DNA of 64,000 nucleotides from Nemertoderma westbladi (taxonomy: Eukaryota; Animalia; Xenacoelomorpha): positions 124,001-188,000 of the forward strand of contig JAUCBJ010000648.1 in the NCBI GenBank assembly GCA_032718475.1, given 5' to 3'. The notes under the pieces are model-generated. The model was not told the DNA's origin, searched no databases, and worked only from the letters and a program-made list of their open reading frames with translations. Position numbers and translations under genes: made by a program. This document shows, one piece after another, positions 23,901-36,211 of the stretch (its first letter is position 1; each line of letters begins with the position of its first letter).

Positions 23901-26390
23901 TGTGGCTGACCGCGAGATCTGTGTGCGCTCTGTTGCTGGGACCGTCGGGACTGCGTGTGGCAGACAGCGAGATCTGTGTGCGCTCTGTTGCTGGGACCGC
24001 CAGGATGGTGTGTGGCTGACCGCAAAATCTGTGTGCGCTCTGTTGCTGGGATTGCCGGGACTGTGTGTGGCTGACCGCGAGATCTGTGTGCACTCTGTTG
24101 GGGGGACCGCCGGGACTGTGTGCGGCTGACCACGAGATCTGTGTGCGCTCTGTTGCTGGGACCACCAGGACTGTGTGTGGCTGACCGCGAGATCTGTGTG
24201 CGCTCTGTTGCTGGGACCGTTGGGACTGTGTGTGGCTGACCCCGGGATCTGTGTGCGCTCTGTTTCTGGGACCGCCGGGACTGTGTGCGGTTGACCGCGA
24301 GATCTGTGTGTGCTCTGTTGCTGGGACCACCAGGACTGTGTGTGGCTGACCACGAGATCTGTGTGCGTTCTGTTGCTGGGACCGCCAGGACTGTGTGTGG
24401 CTGACCCCGGGATCTGTGTGCGCTCTGTGGCTGGGACCGCCGGGATTGTGTGTGGCTGACCGCGAGATCTGTGTGCGCTCTGTGGCTGCGACTGCCGGGT
24501 CTGTGTGTGGCTGACCACGAGATCTGTGTGCGCTCTGTTGCTGGGACCGCCGGGACTGTGTGTGTCTGACCACGAGATCCGTGTGCGTTCTGTTGCTGGG
24601 ACTGCCAGGACTGTGTGTGGCTGACCCCGGGATCTGTGTGCGCTCTGTGGCTGGGACCGCCGGGATTGTGTGTGGCTGACCCCGGGATCTGTGTGTGCTC
24701 TGTTGCTGGGACCACCAGGACTGTGTGTGGCTGACCACGAGATCTGTGTGCGTTCTGTTGCTGGGACCGCCAGGACTGTGTGTGGCTGACCCCGGGATCT
24801 GTGTGCGCTCTGTGGCTGGGACCGCCGGGATTGTGTGTGGCTGACCGCGAGATCTGTGTGCGTTCTGTTGCTGGGACCGCCAGGACTGTGTGTGGCTGAC
24901 CCCGGGATCTGTGTGTGCTCTGTTGCTGGGACCACCAGGACTGTGTGTGGCTGACCACGAGATCTGTGTGCGTTCTGTTGCTGGGACCGCCGGGTCTGTG
25001 TGTGGCTGACCGCGAGATCTGTGTGTGCTCTGTTGCTGGGACCGCCGGGACTGTGTGTGGCTGACCGCAAGATCTGTGTGCGCTCTGTGGCTGGGACTGC
25101 CGGGTCTGTGTGTGGCTGACCACGAGATCTGTGTGCGCTCCGTTGCTGGGACCGCCGGGACTGTGTGTGTCTGACCGCGAGATCTGTGTGCGTTCTGTTG
25201 CTGGGTCCGCCGGGACTGTGTGTGGCTGACCACGAGATCTGTGTGCGCTCTGTTGCTGGGACCGTTGGGACTGTGTGTGGCTGACCCCGAGATCTGTGTG
25301 CGCTCTGTTTCTGGGACCGCCGAGACTGTGTGTGGTTGACCGCGAGATCTGTGTGCGCTTTGTTGCTGGGAACGCTGGGACTGTGTGTGGTTGACCGCGA
25401 GATCTGTGTGCGCTCTGTTGCTGGGACCGCCGGGACTGTGTGTGGCTGACTGCGAGATCTGTGTGCGCTCTGTTGCTGGGACCGCCGGGACTGTGTGTGG
25501 CTGACCGCGAGATCTGTGTGCGCTCTGTTGCTGGGACCCCCAGGACTGTGTGTGGCATACAGCGAGATCTGTGTGCGCTCTGTTGCTGGGACCGCCGGGA
25601 CTATGACGGTCTGACCGCGAGATCTGTGTGCGTTCTGTTGCTGGGACCGCCGGGACTGTGTGTGGCTGACCGCGAGATCTGTGTGCGCTCTGTTGCTGGG
25701 ACCGCCGTGACTGTGTGTAGCTGACCGCGAGATCTGTGTGCACTCTCGGTCTGTTGAGGGACCGTCGGGACTGTGTGTGGCTGACCGCGAGATCTGTGTG
25801 TGCTCTGTTGCTGGGACCGCCGGGACTGTGTGTGGCTGACCGCGAGATCTGTGTGCACTCTCGGTCTGTTGCTGGGACCGTCGGGACTGTGTGTGGCTGA
25901 CCGCGAGATCTGTGTGCACTCTCGGTCTGTTGCTGGGACCGTCGGGACTGTGTGTGGCTGACCGCGAGAGCTGTGTGCGCTCTGTTGCTGGGACCGCCGG
26001 GACTGTGTGTGGCTGACCGCGAGATCTGTGTGCACTCTCGGTCTGTTGCTGGGACCGTCGGGACTGTGTGTGGCTGACCGCGAGATCTGTGTGTGCTCTG
26101 TTGCTGGGACCGCCAGGACTGTGTGTGGCTGACCACGAGATCTGTGTGCGCTCTGTTGCTGGGACCGCCGGGACTGTGTGTGTCTGACAGCGAGATCTGT
26201 GTGTGTTCTGTTGCTGGGACCGCCGGGACTGTGTGTGGCTGACCGCGAGATCTGTGTGCGCTCTGTTGCTGGGACCGTCGCGACTGTGTGTGGCTGACCG
26301 CGAGATCTGTGCGCGCTTTGTTGCTGGGACCGCCGGGACTGTGTGTGGCTGACCACGAGATCTGTGTGCGCTCGGGACCGTCGGGACAGC
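20933..26390. repeat. GC-rich 55-bp minisatellite (GAGATCTGTGTGCGCTCTGTTGCTGGGACCGCCGGGACTGTGTGTGGCTGACCGC), about 99 copies, with a higher-order duplication
   Basis: 55-nt period. Runs of variant units recur at offsets 2102 and 2652. Confidence 0.97.
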
Positions 26391-26964
26391 AGCACCCGGC
26401 ACCTTAGTTTAAGCCGATTATCATCAAAGCTTATATAATATTATCATAATTTCTTACTATTGTCATTCGTGTTACTTCTAGAGAAATTGTTGTTGTACAT
26501 TTCTTGGTTCACAATTACAATGAGGTAACAATCCGAGTGGAGGGGCTGCAACGAAAATTTGACGATTTGAAGAGATTGTTATTGGCACATTTGAATTTTT
26601 GCCGACTTTCGCATAAATCCTAGTATTTCTGCAGTAGTGGCCCAAACACCGTCGTCAGTCATTCGTGGCGAGCGCGAGGAACTAGGTTTTCACATTTTCA
26701 CCCTTGAATCTTTCCAACCCATGGCAGATATATCCAGAGTCATATGGGCTACTATAAAATCTCTAACCTTCATATGTTGCTTCTCAGTGCCAGTTAAAAC
26801 AAAAGAAATGGCACGAAAAAGCCCATCGCCATGGCCCATGGCCATCGCCAATATTTTGATGAAATTTGCTCGGAGTATTCAGAACAGGTCTTTTGTTAAA
26901 ATATTGAGTTTTAATATAGACTAATCCTAAACAAATGAACAAATGTGTTTTCGAGCCGCAGCAG

Positions 26965-27483
26965 CCATTTGGAAGTCACCGAGAATTAATCGGAAACTTA
27001 AGGTCCGATTATTTAGAGCAGCAGTAGTTCCAGTAGTCCTCTATGGGAGTCCATGCTGGGCTCTAACTGCTGAGGACACCAAATCTCTGGATGGCACATT
27101 CACAAGAATGCTACGCCGGGTTCATTGTGTCAAGTACAATGCACACATCTCCAACCAGACACTATATAACATTGGAGGTGTCTCATTGGTTCTCCCAAGT
27201 TTGACACTAGAACAAAATCGCCTCCGCTGTGCAGGTCATTGCTTTCGTCGTGAGGACCAGCCAGTCCATAATCTTGTACTTTGGCAGCCTCATGGAGTGA
27301 ATAAGCATGGTGGACAGCCCATGACTTTCTTGAGACGCATCTTAAAGGACACTGGCCTTGAAGATGCGGATGATCTAGCAAATGTCATGGGTGATAGGGA
27401 GTTGTAGCGGCGCAATTTTGTCGACAAGCCGGCACAGCATTCTTAAAAATGCAGCTGCAAGGCAGCATGCCGATCCTAGTAGT
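26965..27483 (+). mobile_element. 5'-truncated RTE-like LINE with a 29-bp TSD
   Basis: Near-identical to the 3' half of 37110-38138, with a short TAG tail. TGAACAAATGTGTTTTCGAGCCGCAGCAG at 26936-26964 and 27484-27512. Confidence 0.92.
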
Positions 27484-27693
27484 TGAACAAATGTGTTTTC
27501 GAGCCGCAGCAGAAATACGATTGAATATCTTACGTTGTTGGTTATTGTTCTGGTTATTATTCGCAGCCTTCACTCAACTCACCCTTAACTCCATCATTCA
27601 GTTCTTTGTCATCAAAACTGACTGTTATTTTGTTTTAGGTAAAAAAATACGATAGAATAACGGCATGTATAAGTTTTTCACCGGGAATTTAGG

Positions 27694-27912
27694 GTAGTAC
27701 CTGGTGCCTGAGGGTAGTTCCCGTTGCCTAGGCGGTTAATACTACCGTAGTACCTGGTGCCTGAGGGTAGTTCCCGTTGCCTAGGCGGTTAATACTACCG
27801 TAGTACCTGGTGCCTGAGGGTAGTTCCCGTTGCCGAGGCGGTTAATACTACCGTAGTACCTGGTGGCTAGGAGCTTAGTGCTACCGTATTGCCGGTAGTG
27901 TAGTACCTGTTG
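27694..27912. repeat. 53-bp tandem repeat, three full copies plus degenerate ones
   Basis: GTAGTACCTGGTGCCTGAGGG recurs at 27694, 27747 and 27800. Confidence 0.9.
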
Positions 27913-28472
27913 CCTCCTACACCGGTTTTTTTTTTCTACCCGGTAAACCATTAAGGTAAATTGGCATGAATATATGAATTATTTAATAAGCCCGGTGGCC
28001 CACTCAACAAGACTGGTGCTGAGGCTCGGTTTGGTATTCGGGAGTTGGGTGTCAATACTGTGTTTCGATCCAAGAAAAGGATTTATGAGCAGGTCTGAAG
28101 ATTTAAGCCAAGTCCCATCAGGGTGTCTGAGAATATTATGTAGTTGAAAGTGGTTTGTCTAAAGTGAATCCATGGTAATTCATATTTTGTCACATTTTCA
28201 CGATCCCTTTATAGTATCTGGTTTATAGTATATAGTATGTTTATCTGGCATTTAAATTTTTCAGATTATAGGACAGGACTACATTTCGCTCTCTGAGAGA
28301 TGGATTTATTTGGATTAGATATTCGGGGGATACCTGCTTCAATAAAACAAACGTCGTCGCCTCTTATTGAGGAGACGACGAGCACAGACCACAATTCCGA
28401 GCCATTGAAATATTCACTTCTCATAGAATTAATAAGGAATCATTTGCAGATACTAATCATTTACAGAGCATC

Positions 28473-28988
28473 AAAGGTTCCACACATTATATTAACAATT
28501 TTAAGACGTGTCAAAAAGGTTCCACACATTATATTAACAATTTTAAGACGTGTCAAAAAGGTTCCACACATTATATTAACAATTTTAAGACGTGTCAAAA
28601 AGGTTCCACACATTATATTAACAATTTTAAGACGTGTCAAAAAGGTTCCACACATTATATTAACAATTTTAAGACGTGTCAAAAAGGTTCCACACATTAT
28701 ATTAACAATTTTAAGACGTGTCAAAAAGGTTCCACACATTATATTAACAATTTTAAGACGTGTCAAAAAGGTTCCACACATTATATTAACAATTTTAAGA
28801 CGTGTCAAAAAGGTTCCACACATTATATTAACAATTTTAAGACGTGTCAAAAAGGTTCCACACATTATATTAACAATTTTAAGACGTGTCAAAAAGGTTC
28901 CACACATTATATTAACAATTTTAAGACGTGTCAAAAAGGTTCCACACATTATATTAACAATTTTAAGACGTGTCAAAAAGGTTCCACA
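28473..28988. repeat. 42-bp perfect tandem repeat, about 12 copies
   Basis: Unit AAAGGTTCCACACATTATATTAACAATTTTAAGACGTGTCAA. Confidence 0.97.
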
Positions 28989-29624
28989 AAGTGGGTCATA
29001 GATTCCACGGTAACTATTTGCCTCAGTTTACTATGGGCAGAGCCAGATTGGATGAAGCATCGCATTAGCTACTCCGTATAGAACAACAGCGACGAATTAT
29101 AATTACATGGATGGGATGCCGGACTTGTCTTCATTATTCACAAATTTTGTTAATTACTTAACGAATTAATTTATTCATTTGATATCTGCTTCCTAAATAT
29201 AAATTAAGGCCCTCCCTGCGCAGTTGCGATGTCTGATGTCTGCGGACTGTGGGGATGCCATGTTATTATCCCTACACTCAAATAACTATCCTCTTGCTCG
29301 TGTCAAATATGCAAGACATTTTTTGTCAATGTATTTATTGGCTATAATATTATCAATATGGTATGTATTTCTGGACACATTAACAAGACAAAATAACTAT
29401 GTGATGAACTAAAAGACTAACTAAATGACAAGATTAAACAATTCAAGTATATTACATTTAGTGATGAAAGAATTAAATGTGGTATTTGGTTGGCCTTTAT
29501 ATAAACTTTATACTAACCTTTATACTACCGGTAGTGTCAGCAGACAATGCTGCCTCTTTTCATTATTTCGGTTAATAATCATCTTACAAGTTTAAAATAA
29601 TATAATAATTAATATAATACTTAC

Positions 29625-29658
29625 GTCTTATTGTGAGTAGGAATATTTTACCCTGATT
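29625..29658 (-). other. Candidate 34-nt micro-exon (5' UTR or N-terminal coding) of the Ig gene
   Basis: TTTTTTATTCAG acceptor and GTAAGT donor, both conserved in the paralogous copy at 57981-58016. Confidence 0.55.
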
Positions 29659-30217
29659 CTGAATAAAAAATCTTTAAATCTAAAATGTGAAATAATCAGT
29701 TGATGTTAAATAATATTATTTGCGGGTTTATATATTATTCTGAGATGAATCCAAATGTAAGCATCCAATTGGCTGATGAGTACGACGTGTGAGGAGCGCA
29801 TTCCTCTCTATTTGAGTTTGTAGGAAATTTATCTACTGTAAATAAATGACAAGCAAAATCAAATATGGCAGATTTTAATCACGAGTTTGAATAACCGTGG
29901 CCGTAACTGTGACATAATAATAGTAGGATTAACATTACAATATACTGCGGTGGCTCATTGTGGCCAATTATTTCCATTCCATCACCCAAGTGAAAAACAT
30001 TTTTCACCCGGGTGAAAAACATTTATCACACGGGTTAAAAACATGGAAATAACTAGCAAAAATATATATAATAAGATATCTCTCGGATTCAAGCGACAGC
30101 GAACTTGAGTCAGGGGAGTTAGATGAAGGCTTAGGAACAGAGGATAGTGAAAACTTTGAAGATAACATCAGTTAGCAATCATGACAAATGATGCCCTACA
30201 CCCTATTGTTCGAGGAA

Positions 30218-31080
30218 TGTCTGACTACTCCCCCCACCCCCCCCCCCCCCCCCCGCTGTCTAGGTATGTCCGACTACAGTCCCCCACACTGTCTAGGTGT
30301 GTCCGACTACTCCCCCCACCCCCACTGTAGTGATATGTCCGACTACAGTCCCCCACACTGTCGAGGTATGTCCGACTACAGTCCCCCACACTGTCTAGGT
30401 GTGTCCGACTACAGTCCCCCACACTGTCTAGGTATGTCCGACTACAGTCCCCCACACTGTCTAGGTGTGTCCGACTACTCCCCCCACCCCCACTGTAGTG
30501 ATATGTCCGACTACAGTCCCCCACACTGTCGAGGTATGTCTGACTACATCCTCCACACTACTGTCGAGGTATGTCCGACTACTCCCCCACCCCCTCTGTA
30601 GTGGTATATCCGACTGTAGAGTCCTCCACACTGTCGGGGTATGTCTGACTACATCCTCCACTCTGTCGAGGTATGTCCGACTACTCCCCCCACCCCCTCT
30701 GTAGTGGTATATCCGACTGTAGAGTCCTCCACACTGTCGGGGTATGTCAGACTACATCCTCCAATCTGTCGAGGTTTGTCCGACTACTCCTCCCACCCCC
30801 TCTGTAGTGGGTGATCCGACTGTAGAGTCCTCCATACTGTCGGGGTATGTCAGACTACATCCTCCACTCTGTCGAGGTTGGTCCGACTACTCCCCCCACC
30901 CCCTCTGTAGTGGTACCTCCGACTATAGAGTCCTCCACACTGTCGGAGTATGTCCGACTACTCCCCCCCCCCTCCCCCCCCACTGCCGGGGTATGTCCGA
31001 CTACTCCCCCCCACCCCCACACTGCCGGGGTATGTCCGACTACACCCTCTTCCCCCACTGTCGAGGTATGTCCGACTACA
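30218..31080. repeat. C-rich degenerate minisatellite (core GGTATGTCCGACTAC, units about 30-36 bp)
   Basis: Repeated TGTCCGACTAC core followed by C-tracts. Confidence 0.92.
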
Positions 31081-31529
31081 AAAAAATAATAAAAAATTTT
31101 ACAACCCAAATTCATAATTTAAGTTGTACAGGGTTAAACCCAAAAGTAAAAATATCATCAGAGTTGCGATTCAGAAGCATGGAGTGGATATATCGTAATG
31201 AAAACGGCATAAAAACGGCTTTTGTAGAATGTTATCGCAATAGTATGGCTGCATCAGTGCATAGCATACAGTAAGTAGTCAGTCAGATGGTATTGGAATA
31301 ATTTACAATAATGGTAATTAATTATATAACTTACGGCATATCGCAGCGGAAAGCTGGTTGATCTCAGACCATGCTCACTATTATTGTTCGACACGCGTAA
31401 CCCAATGCAAAGATATGAAATGCAAAGAATATGTGTTGCAAGTTAAAAATAATAATGATCACACATTTACAGACGCTCAGAAAACAACACGGTCCCTTCC
31501 TTCCCTACAGGTTTATATATAATTTATAA

Positions 31530-32206
31530 CTAGAAAGCCAGCAAGCTGGCTATAAGAAGCCCGTCTATAAGACAACAAAACCGAAAAACTAGATGATAAA
31601 ATCTAATCCCCAATCAAATATCAATCCTCAATCAATATATAAACCTCTCCCTCCCTCCATGCAGCATTGGAGAAAGCAGAATTAATGTCATGACCAGTTC
31701 ACAACAGACAACCCACCCCAACCATTGGATTTACTGAGACACACTCAACAACACTCCAACCAGCTTGCTACCTGTCTTTCCAGCTAGCTAGAGTTAAATA
31801 ATTATACAACGTTGCTATGATACAGAGAAAATCCCTCCCCATTCACAACAAAGGCAAAGTTGAGGCTGGGTGAGGGAATATTACATATTTATTCACTATT
31901 TAATTTTTAATTTTTTTTTTAATTTTTAATTTTTATAATAACACTTGAATAAAATAAAAACTTTGTGAGAATGGGACACGGCGAATCGACCTGTGCTATT
32001 ATTATTCAACATGAGCTTAATTTTACCCGCTTAAATAATTAATAAACAATTCTTTGTATACTTGGCCACGAAGTAGAGCACTTTTCTTACCCTTCCAAGC
32101 CAATATCAATGTGCACAAACATACATACAGACAAACACACACACACACACACCCCCACCGACGTTTTTTTTTTGACAGCAAGAAGCCCTGACGGTCTTCT
32201 AATTAG
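31530..32206. mobile_element. Possible non-autonomous rolling-circle-type element (hairpin-CTAG terminus, CA microsatellite, second terminal hairpin)
   Basis: ACTAGAAAGCCAGCAAGCTGG terminus is shared with ~49967. (CA)n near 32135 and a GAAGCC..GGTCTTC hairpin near 32182. Confidence 0.4.
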
Positions 32207-32884
32207 TTATCTCATCAGTAAATATAGTTAACTGGTGTGAGGAAGAACAATAATTAGTGTCAGGAGGATGTTGAATGATAATTCGACTTTCATACTTGAC
32301 ATCCTTTATAAAATCCTTTATAAAATCCAATTATTCACCTTTAACACAATCGATATATTATTATAAATTAAAAAAGAAACAGTTCATCTTGCGTGAGGTT
32401 GTGTGGGCAGTAGTTGTAATCAATTATGGAGTAATCTATCAAAAATCGTTCAATTTGTGTCAGAATTTCTTTACTTGTCGGTAATCAATCAATTATCCGA
32501 CACAACAGTTGCAGTTAAAACAACAAATATTAGATAGGAATTGTCCAAACGTCTAGAATGCTTTGCCTTACCTGGACAGTTCGGCTGCCATATAGAACAA
32601 CGCAATACTCCGACATAGAGTTCGACGAGATGGCGTGTAGCTATCAGTTATTGTGGTATCTGTAGGGTCATGCAGGATTTTATACTATACTATGTTACCG
32701 AATTGTATAATTATTCCTACCGGTATTTGTTAAGTGAGATTGTATAACTTTCGCAGTGTCACGTCAATGAGCATCGTTTATCCACCACTGTGGCAAAAAC
32801 TGGGCGTTGTAGTTTTGCGAGAGTCCTTCGATGTAGTAACGCTAGTTATAGAAGGGAGTGCAACTAAGTGACGGCTCCCAAAGT

Positions 32885-33512
32885 ACACCATTTCCCAGAA
32901 TATTATAGTGTCGTAATTCAGTGACACCCCCCCCCCCCCCCCTAATTTTTCTACAAATCGTAATGAGATTGCATGAAATTTGAAACAGAGATAGTTTCAC
33001 CTCCCGACCACTACTGACTGGGTGAGCCAGACTTTTTATTTTTGCTTTCAATCTTTAGCTACAAGTGTTTAAAAAAAGCGTTAAAGTTTAAAAAAAGCGT
33101 TTAAAACTTTAAAAAAAAGTCTCCAGCGATATTACACCAGTTACACCGCAGTTATTATTCAACCTTATAGTGATTGGTGGGTACTGATAGAAAGCTGACC
33201 GTACAAGGATTCCAAATATGTAACACAATTTGAATTTCGTTGAAAAATAGCGGAGATATGGGCGTTCACATTTTGCATGGTTATGCACCTATGCGAGGCT
33301 ATTTTATTCTATTTAATAAATACGTCATAATCTGGAATAGTTTGTTTATCCAAATACGTAGCTGGGCAACAATGCATTACATCTTTAATCATACTATTAC
33401 GTAGCTATTCATACATTTAAAAAATGTTCCAGAATATGGTTTATTTACTAAATATAATAAAATAGCCTCGCACCGGTGCAAAACCATGCAAGATTTGAAC
33501 GCTCATATCTTT
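32885..33512. mobile_element. Left arm and centre of a long-TIR (foldback-like) non-autonomous DNA transposon
   Basis: 32885-33320 is the reverse complement of ~48940-49322. 33417-33510 matches 48909-49003 in direct orientation. Confidence 0.75.
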
Positions 33513-33536
33513 TTTTAATTTCTTTAAAATTTCGTT

Positions 33537-33760
33537 TATTTAATGCAAGCGATAACTGAGTTTATTTAATGCAAGCGATAACTGAGTTTATTTAATGCAA
33601 GCGATAACTGAGTTTCTTTAATAATGCATGCGATAACTGAGTTTCTTTAATGTAAGCGATAACTGAGTTTCTTTAATAATGCATGCGATAACTGAGTTTC
33701 TTTAATGCAAGCAATAACTGAGTTTATTTAATGCAAGCGATAACTGAGTTTATTTAATAA
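33537..33760. repeat. 26-29-bp tandem repeat (GCGATAACTGAGTTT core), about 8 copies
   Basis: Visible periodic core. Confidence 0.9.
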
Positions 33761-33878
33761 GAAACTAATATTTATAATAAATAATAAATAAATACAACAT
33801 TCGAGCAATACTCTCCAATTAAACATTCCCCCACACCCCATCTATTAACCCTAAATCAATAATTGTTACCGGTCCCAC

Positions 33879-33910
33879 CGAGGCGATACCTAGTACTAGG
33901 TATCGCCTTG
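33879..33910. mobile_element. Probable P-element-type excision footprint (32-bp palindrome between 8-bp direct repeats)
   Basis: GGTCCCAC | CGAGGCGATACCTAGT-ACTAGGTATCGCCTTG | GGTCCCAC. Confidence 0.6.
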
Positions 33911-34106
33911 GGTCCCACCCTCAACCGAGTTTAAACGCACACCCGACGGTACAAACTTGTGATATACTAAGTTAATATAGTTTAATAACTGACATGCTAT
34001 TCCCCCGCATTTTTAGAAGTGGCTTCCCCATTACAACGGATTCGCAAATACTGTTGTTATTTATTGTTTGTCAAATATATTTCTCTGTCGCGAGTTCGAG
34101 TTCCTT

Positions 34107-34319
34107 TTATCCAACAATTTCTTTCTTCACTTCTGTTTCATGACATTTTTTTAAGTAAATGATCTCACCATCCGAGGCACCCTCAATAGTGAAACCATCG
34201 TTACCGCGATACACATCTACCGGTGACAATCTCATCTGGCCGAGATTTCTACCAGTATTGGAATCCTTGACCGACGCCAAAACCTCTCCTCGGATTGAAT
34301 AGCAGTCAAACTGTACTTC
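34107..34319 (-). CDS. Candidate terminal coding exon, product unknown (possibly transposon-associated)
   Basis: An acceptor-like TTTAATCTAG is followed by 70 open codons, EVQFDCYSIRGEVLASVKDSNTGRNLGQMRLSPVDVYRGNDGFTIEGASDGEIIYLKKCHETEVKKEIVG*. GC content is higher than the flanks. Confidence 0.35.
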   Translation of the reverse strand, partial: EVQFDCYSIRGEVLASVKDSNTGRNLGQMRLSPVDVYRGNDGFTIEGASDGEIIYLKKCHETEVKKEIVG

Positions 34320-34833
34320 CTAGATTAAATATATTTTGTAATTCCGATGGCAGCATTTTTAAGATTATTAATTACATTTTGCCAAATATTTTGTTTAAAC
34401 ACAAATTCACACATAAAATTAAGCAAGCAACGAATAAGTAATTAAATCTACCTAATACAGTATTATTTATTTACTGGTACGAAAAATATAAATGATTTCT
34501 CATCATTAAGGGGTGGGGGGGGGGGGGGGGGGGGGGGTGGTGGGGGGGGGGTTATTTAGGTGAGTGTAAAATTCCAAATTGGGTGACCCATATCGAATTA
34601 GTGCCCTTTCTCCATACTATTCCAAACACCCACGGTCCGTTCACTTGCTTCCCGTAATTACTTCGTGCAGGGTGGTATATTAATAAAATTAACTTATACA
34701 TTCGAGGTTAAGACCCCTAGATCCCTTCCTATAATAAATGTATAATAATAACTAGAATTTGGCGAATTAGTAGCTCCGATCTACTAAACCAGGAACCATA
34801 TCTTGCAGATTTCCTGTGCTTATTCTTGCATTG

Positions 34834-35055
34834 TCAGTTGAGAGGTGGTATTCCATATTTATTATTCAAAACATACAGTGAACATGGCTCACCACATTGC
34901 TCACATGAATGCTCGTTGCTTAGATTCTTAGTTGGTAACAGGCCGAATTTTTGGGCAAACTCAATTGCCGCAAATTCAGTATCCAATGCAAGGCTCAATT
35001 CAACAATGTTTGGTTCATTTGGAAAATAGCGTTTCACTGAATGTCGCTCTGACAT
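34834..35055 (-). pseudogene. Possible N-terminal fragment of a Merlin/ISXO2-like transposase
   Basis: AAIEFAQKFGLLP...CEQCG resembles the GLL + CxxCG zinc-ribbon start of eukaryotic ISXO2-like proteins. This is recalled similarity, not a search result. Confidence 0.35.
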
Positions 35056-36211
35056 TATTAGTTATGCATATAGTAAAGCATAAAAATATCACAATGATAC
35101 TCGGAAATAATAAATGGTGTTCTAGAATCAAATTTACTAAGATATATGGGTATTTAGTTGAGTTTGTAAAATTTCCAAATTTCGTTATTTCAATAATTTG
35201 CATTTTTTTTTCTATTTCATCTAAAGCAGATTTTATCAAGATTTCAAATTTTAAAATCGTTAAGCAAGATATGATATATGGCTGTCTGTCCGTTTGACTG
35301 TCGGTTTGTGCGTCAGTATGTCTAGCTGTTCGTTAATAAAAAGCATATCTGTGTAAAAATATTCCCTATATGGGTTTCTGTGGTCGGTGACTTCGTTTCT
35401 GTCTGTATACCTGTCAGTCTGTTCGACAAATTAACCGAAAACATGACAGCCAAACAAACAGTTTGGAAGTTATCAAATGTTAAATCTGACACTCGAAATG
35501 AATTCTGCGACCAGGAAACCCCTAAGCCATATAGCTAAACCTTTAGCTATATGGTGTGCGCTTTTCTTATATTTGACGAACAGAATGTCGGATAGTCAGT
35601 AAGACCGACAGACAGACATATCGACAAAATAGATTTCATTGAAAGTGTAAACTGACCTCAGAAATGAAATTAGCGACCAGGAAAACTCCCATAGCAAAAA
35701 TCTTAACATAGATTTTTGCTTTATTGTTGCTAGATATTGATTGACAGACAGTTATTGCGCGGGAAGGTACAAACTTTAAAGGCTGAAAGAAAACAGATGA
35801 AAAAAAACTTTAAAGGTCTTTTCCGAGATAATTATCTCGGAATGGAAATTGTTCATTCAATTATCGATTGACCCATTACCATTGATTTTCATTGACTGTG
35901 TTAAAGAAGCGCTCCCCCCCCCCCCCCCCCCCCCCTTAATGATATTTTTAATATGCTGTTAAATAAGCTCAATGAAGCGGTACTTTACATAACTCTATGA
36001 CATGGTTTTAGTATAACTTAATTTATTATTATTTATTGTAAACTTCAGACAGTAGTGCTGTACAGTATATATCCGTAGTTACTTACCGTTTCAGTTTCTT
36101 TTTTGGGATTACAATACCCATATTGATAGGATTTCCACTGTTTCGCCCTGCGCATAAAGTTTTTATATTTTCTAACATGGCGATTGTATAGTTATGATTA
36201 TAAATATTAAT

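Noticed and set aside
21419-26402. Long ORFs (473-860 aa) of SRRSQQQSAHR-type repeats
   Set aside because: Translations of a 55-bp minisatellite, open in all frames because the unit lacks stops; 55 is not a multiple of 3.
28300-29001. Repeat ORFs here and at 30188-31274, 36083-36413 and 58861-59632
   Set aside because: Minisatellite translations with no protein-family motifs.
32572-32616. ATG exon MSEYCVVLYGSRTVQ with a CAG|GTAAGG donor, phase-compatible with the 34-nt micro-exon
   Set aside because: The joined peptide is not a convincing signal peptide and there is no independent support.
34510-34550. Poly-G/poly-C tracts (also ~7070, 35915, 43395, 53945, 60470) as G-quadruplex signals
   Set aside because: Simple homopolymers common throughout the window with no specific context.
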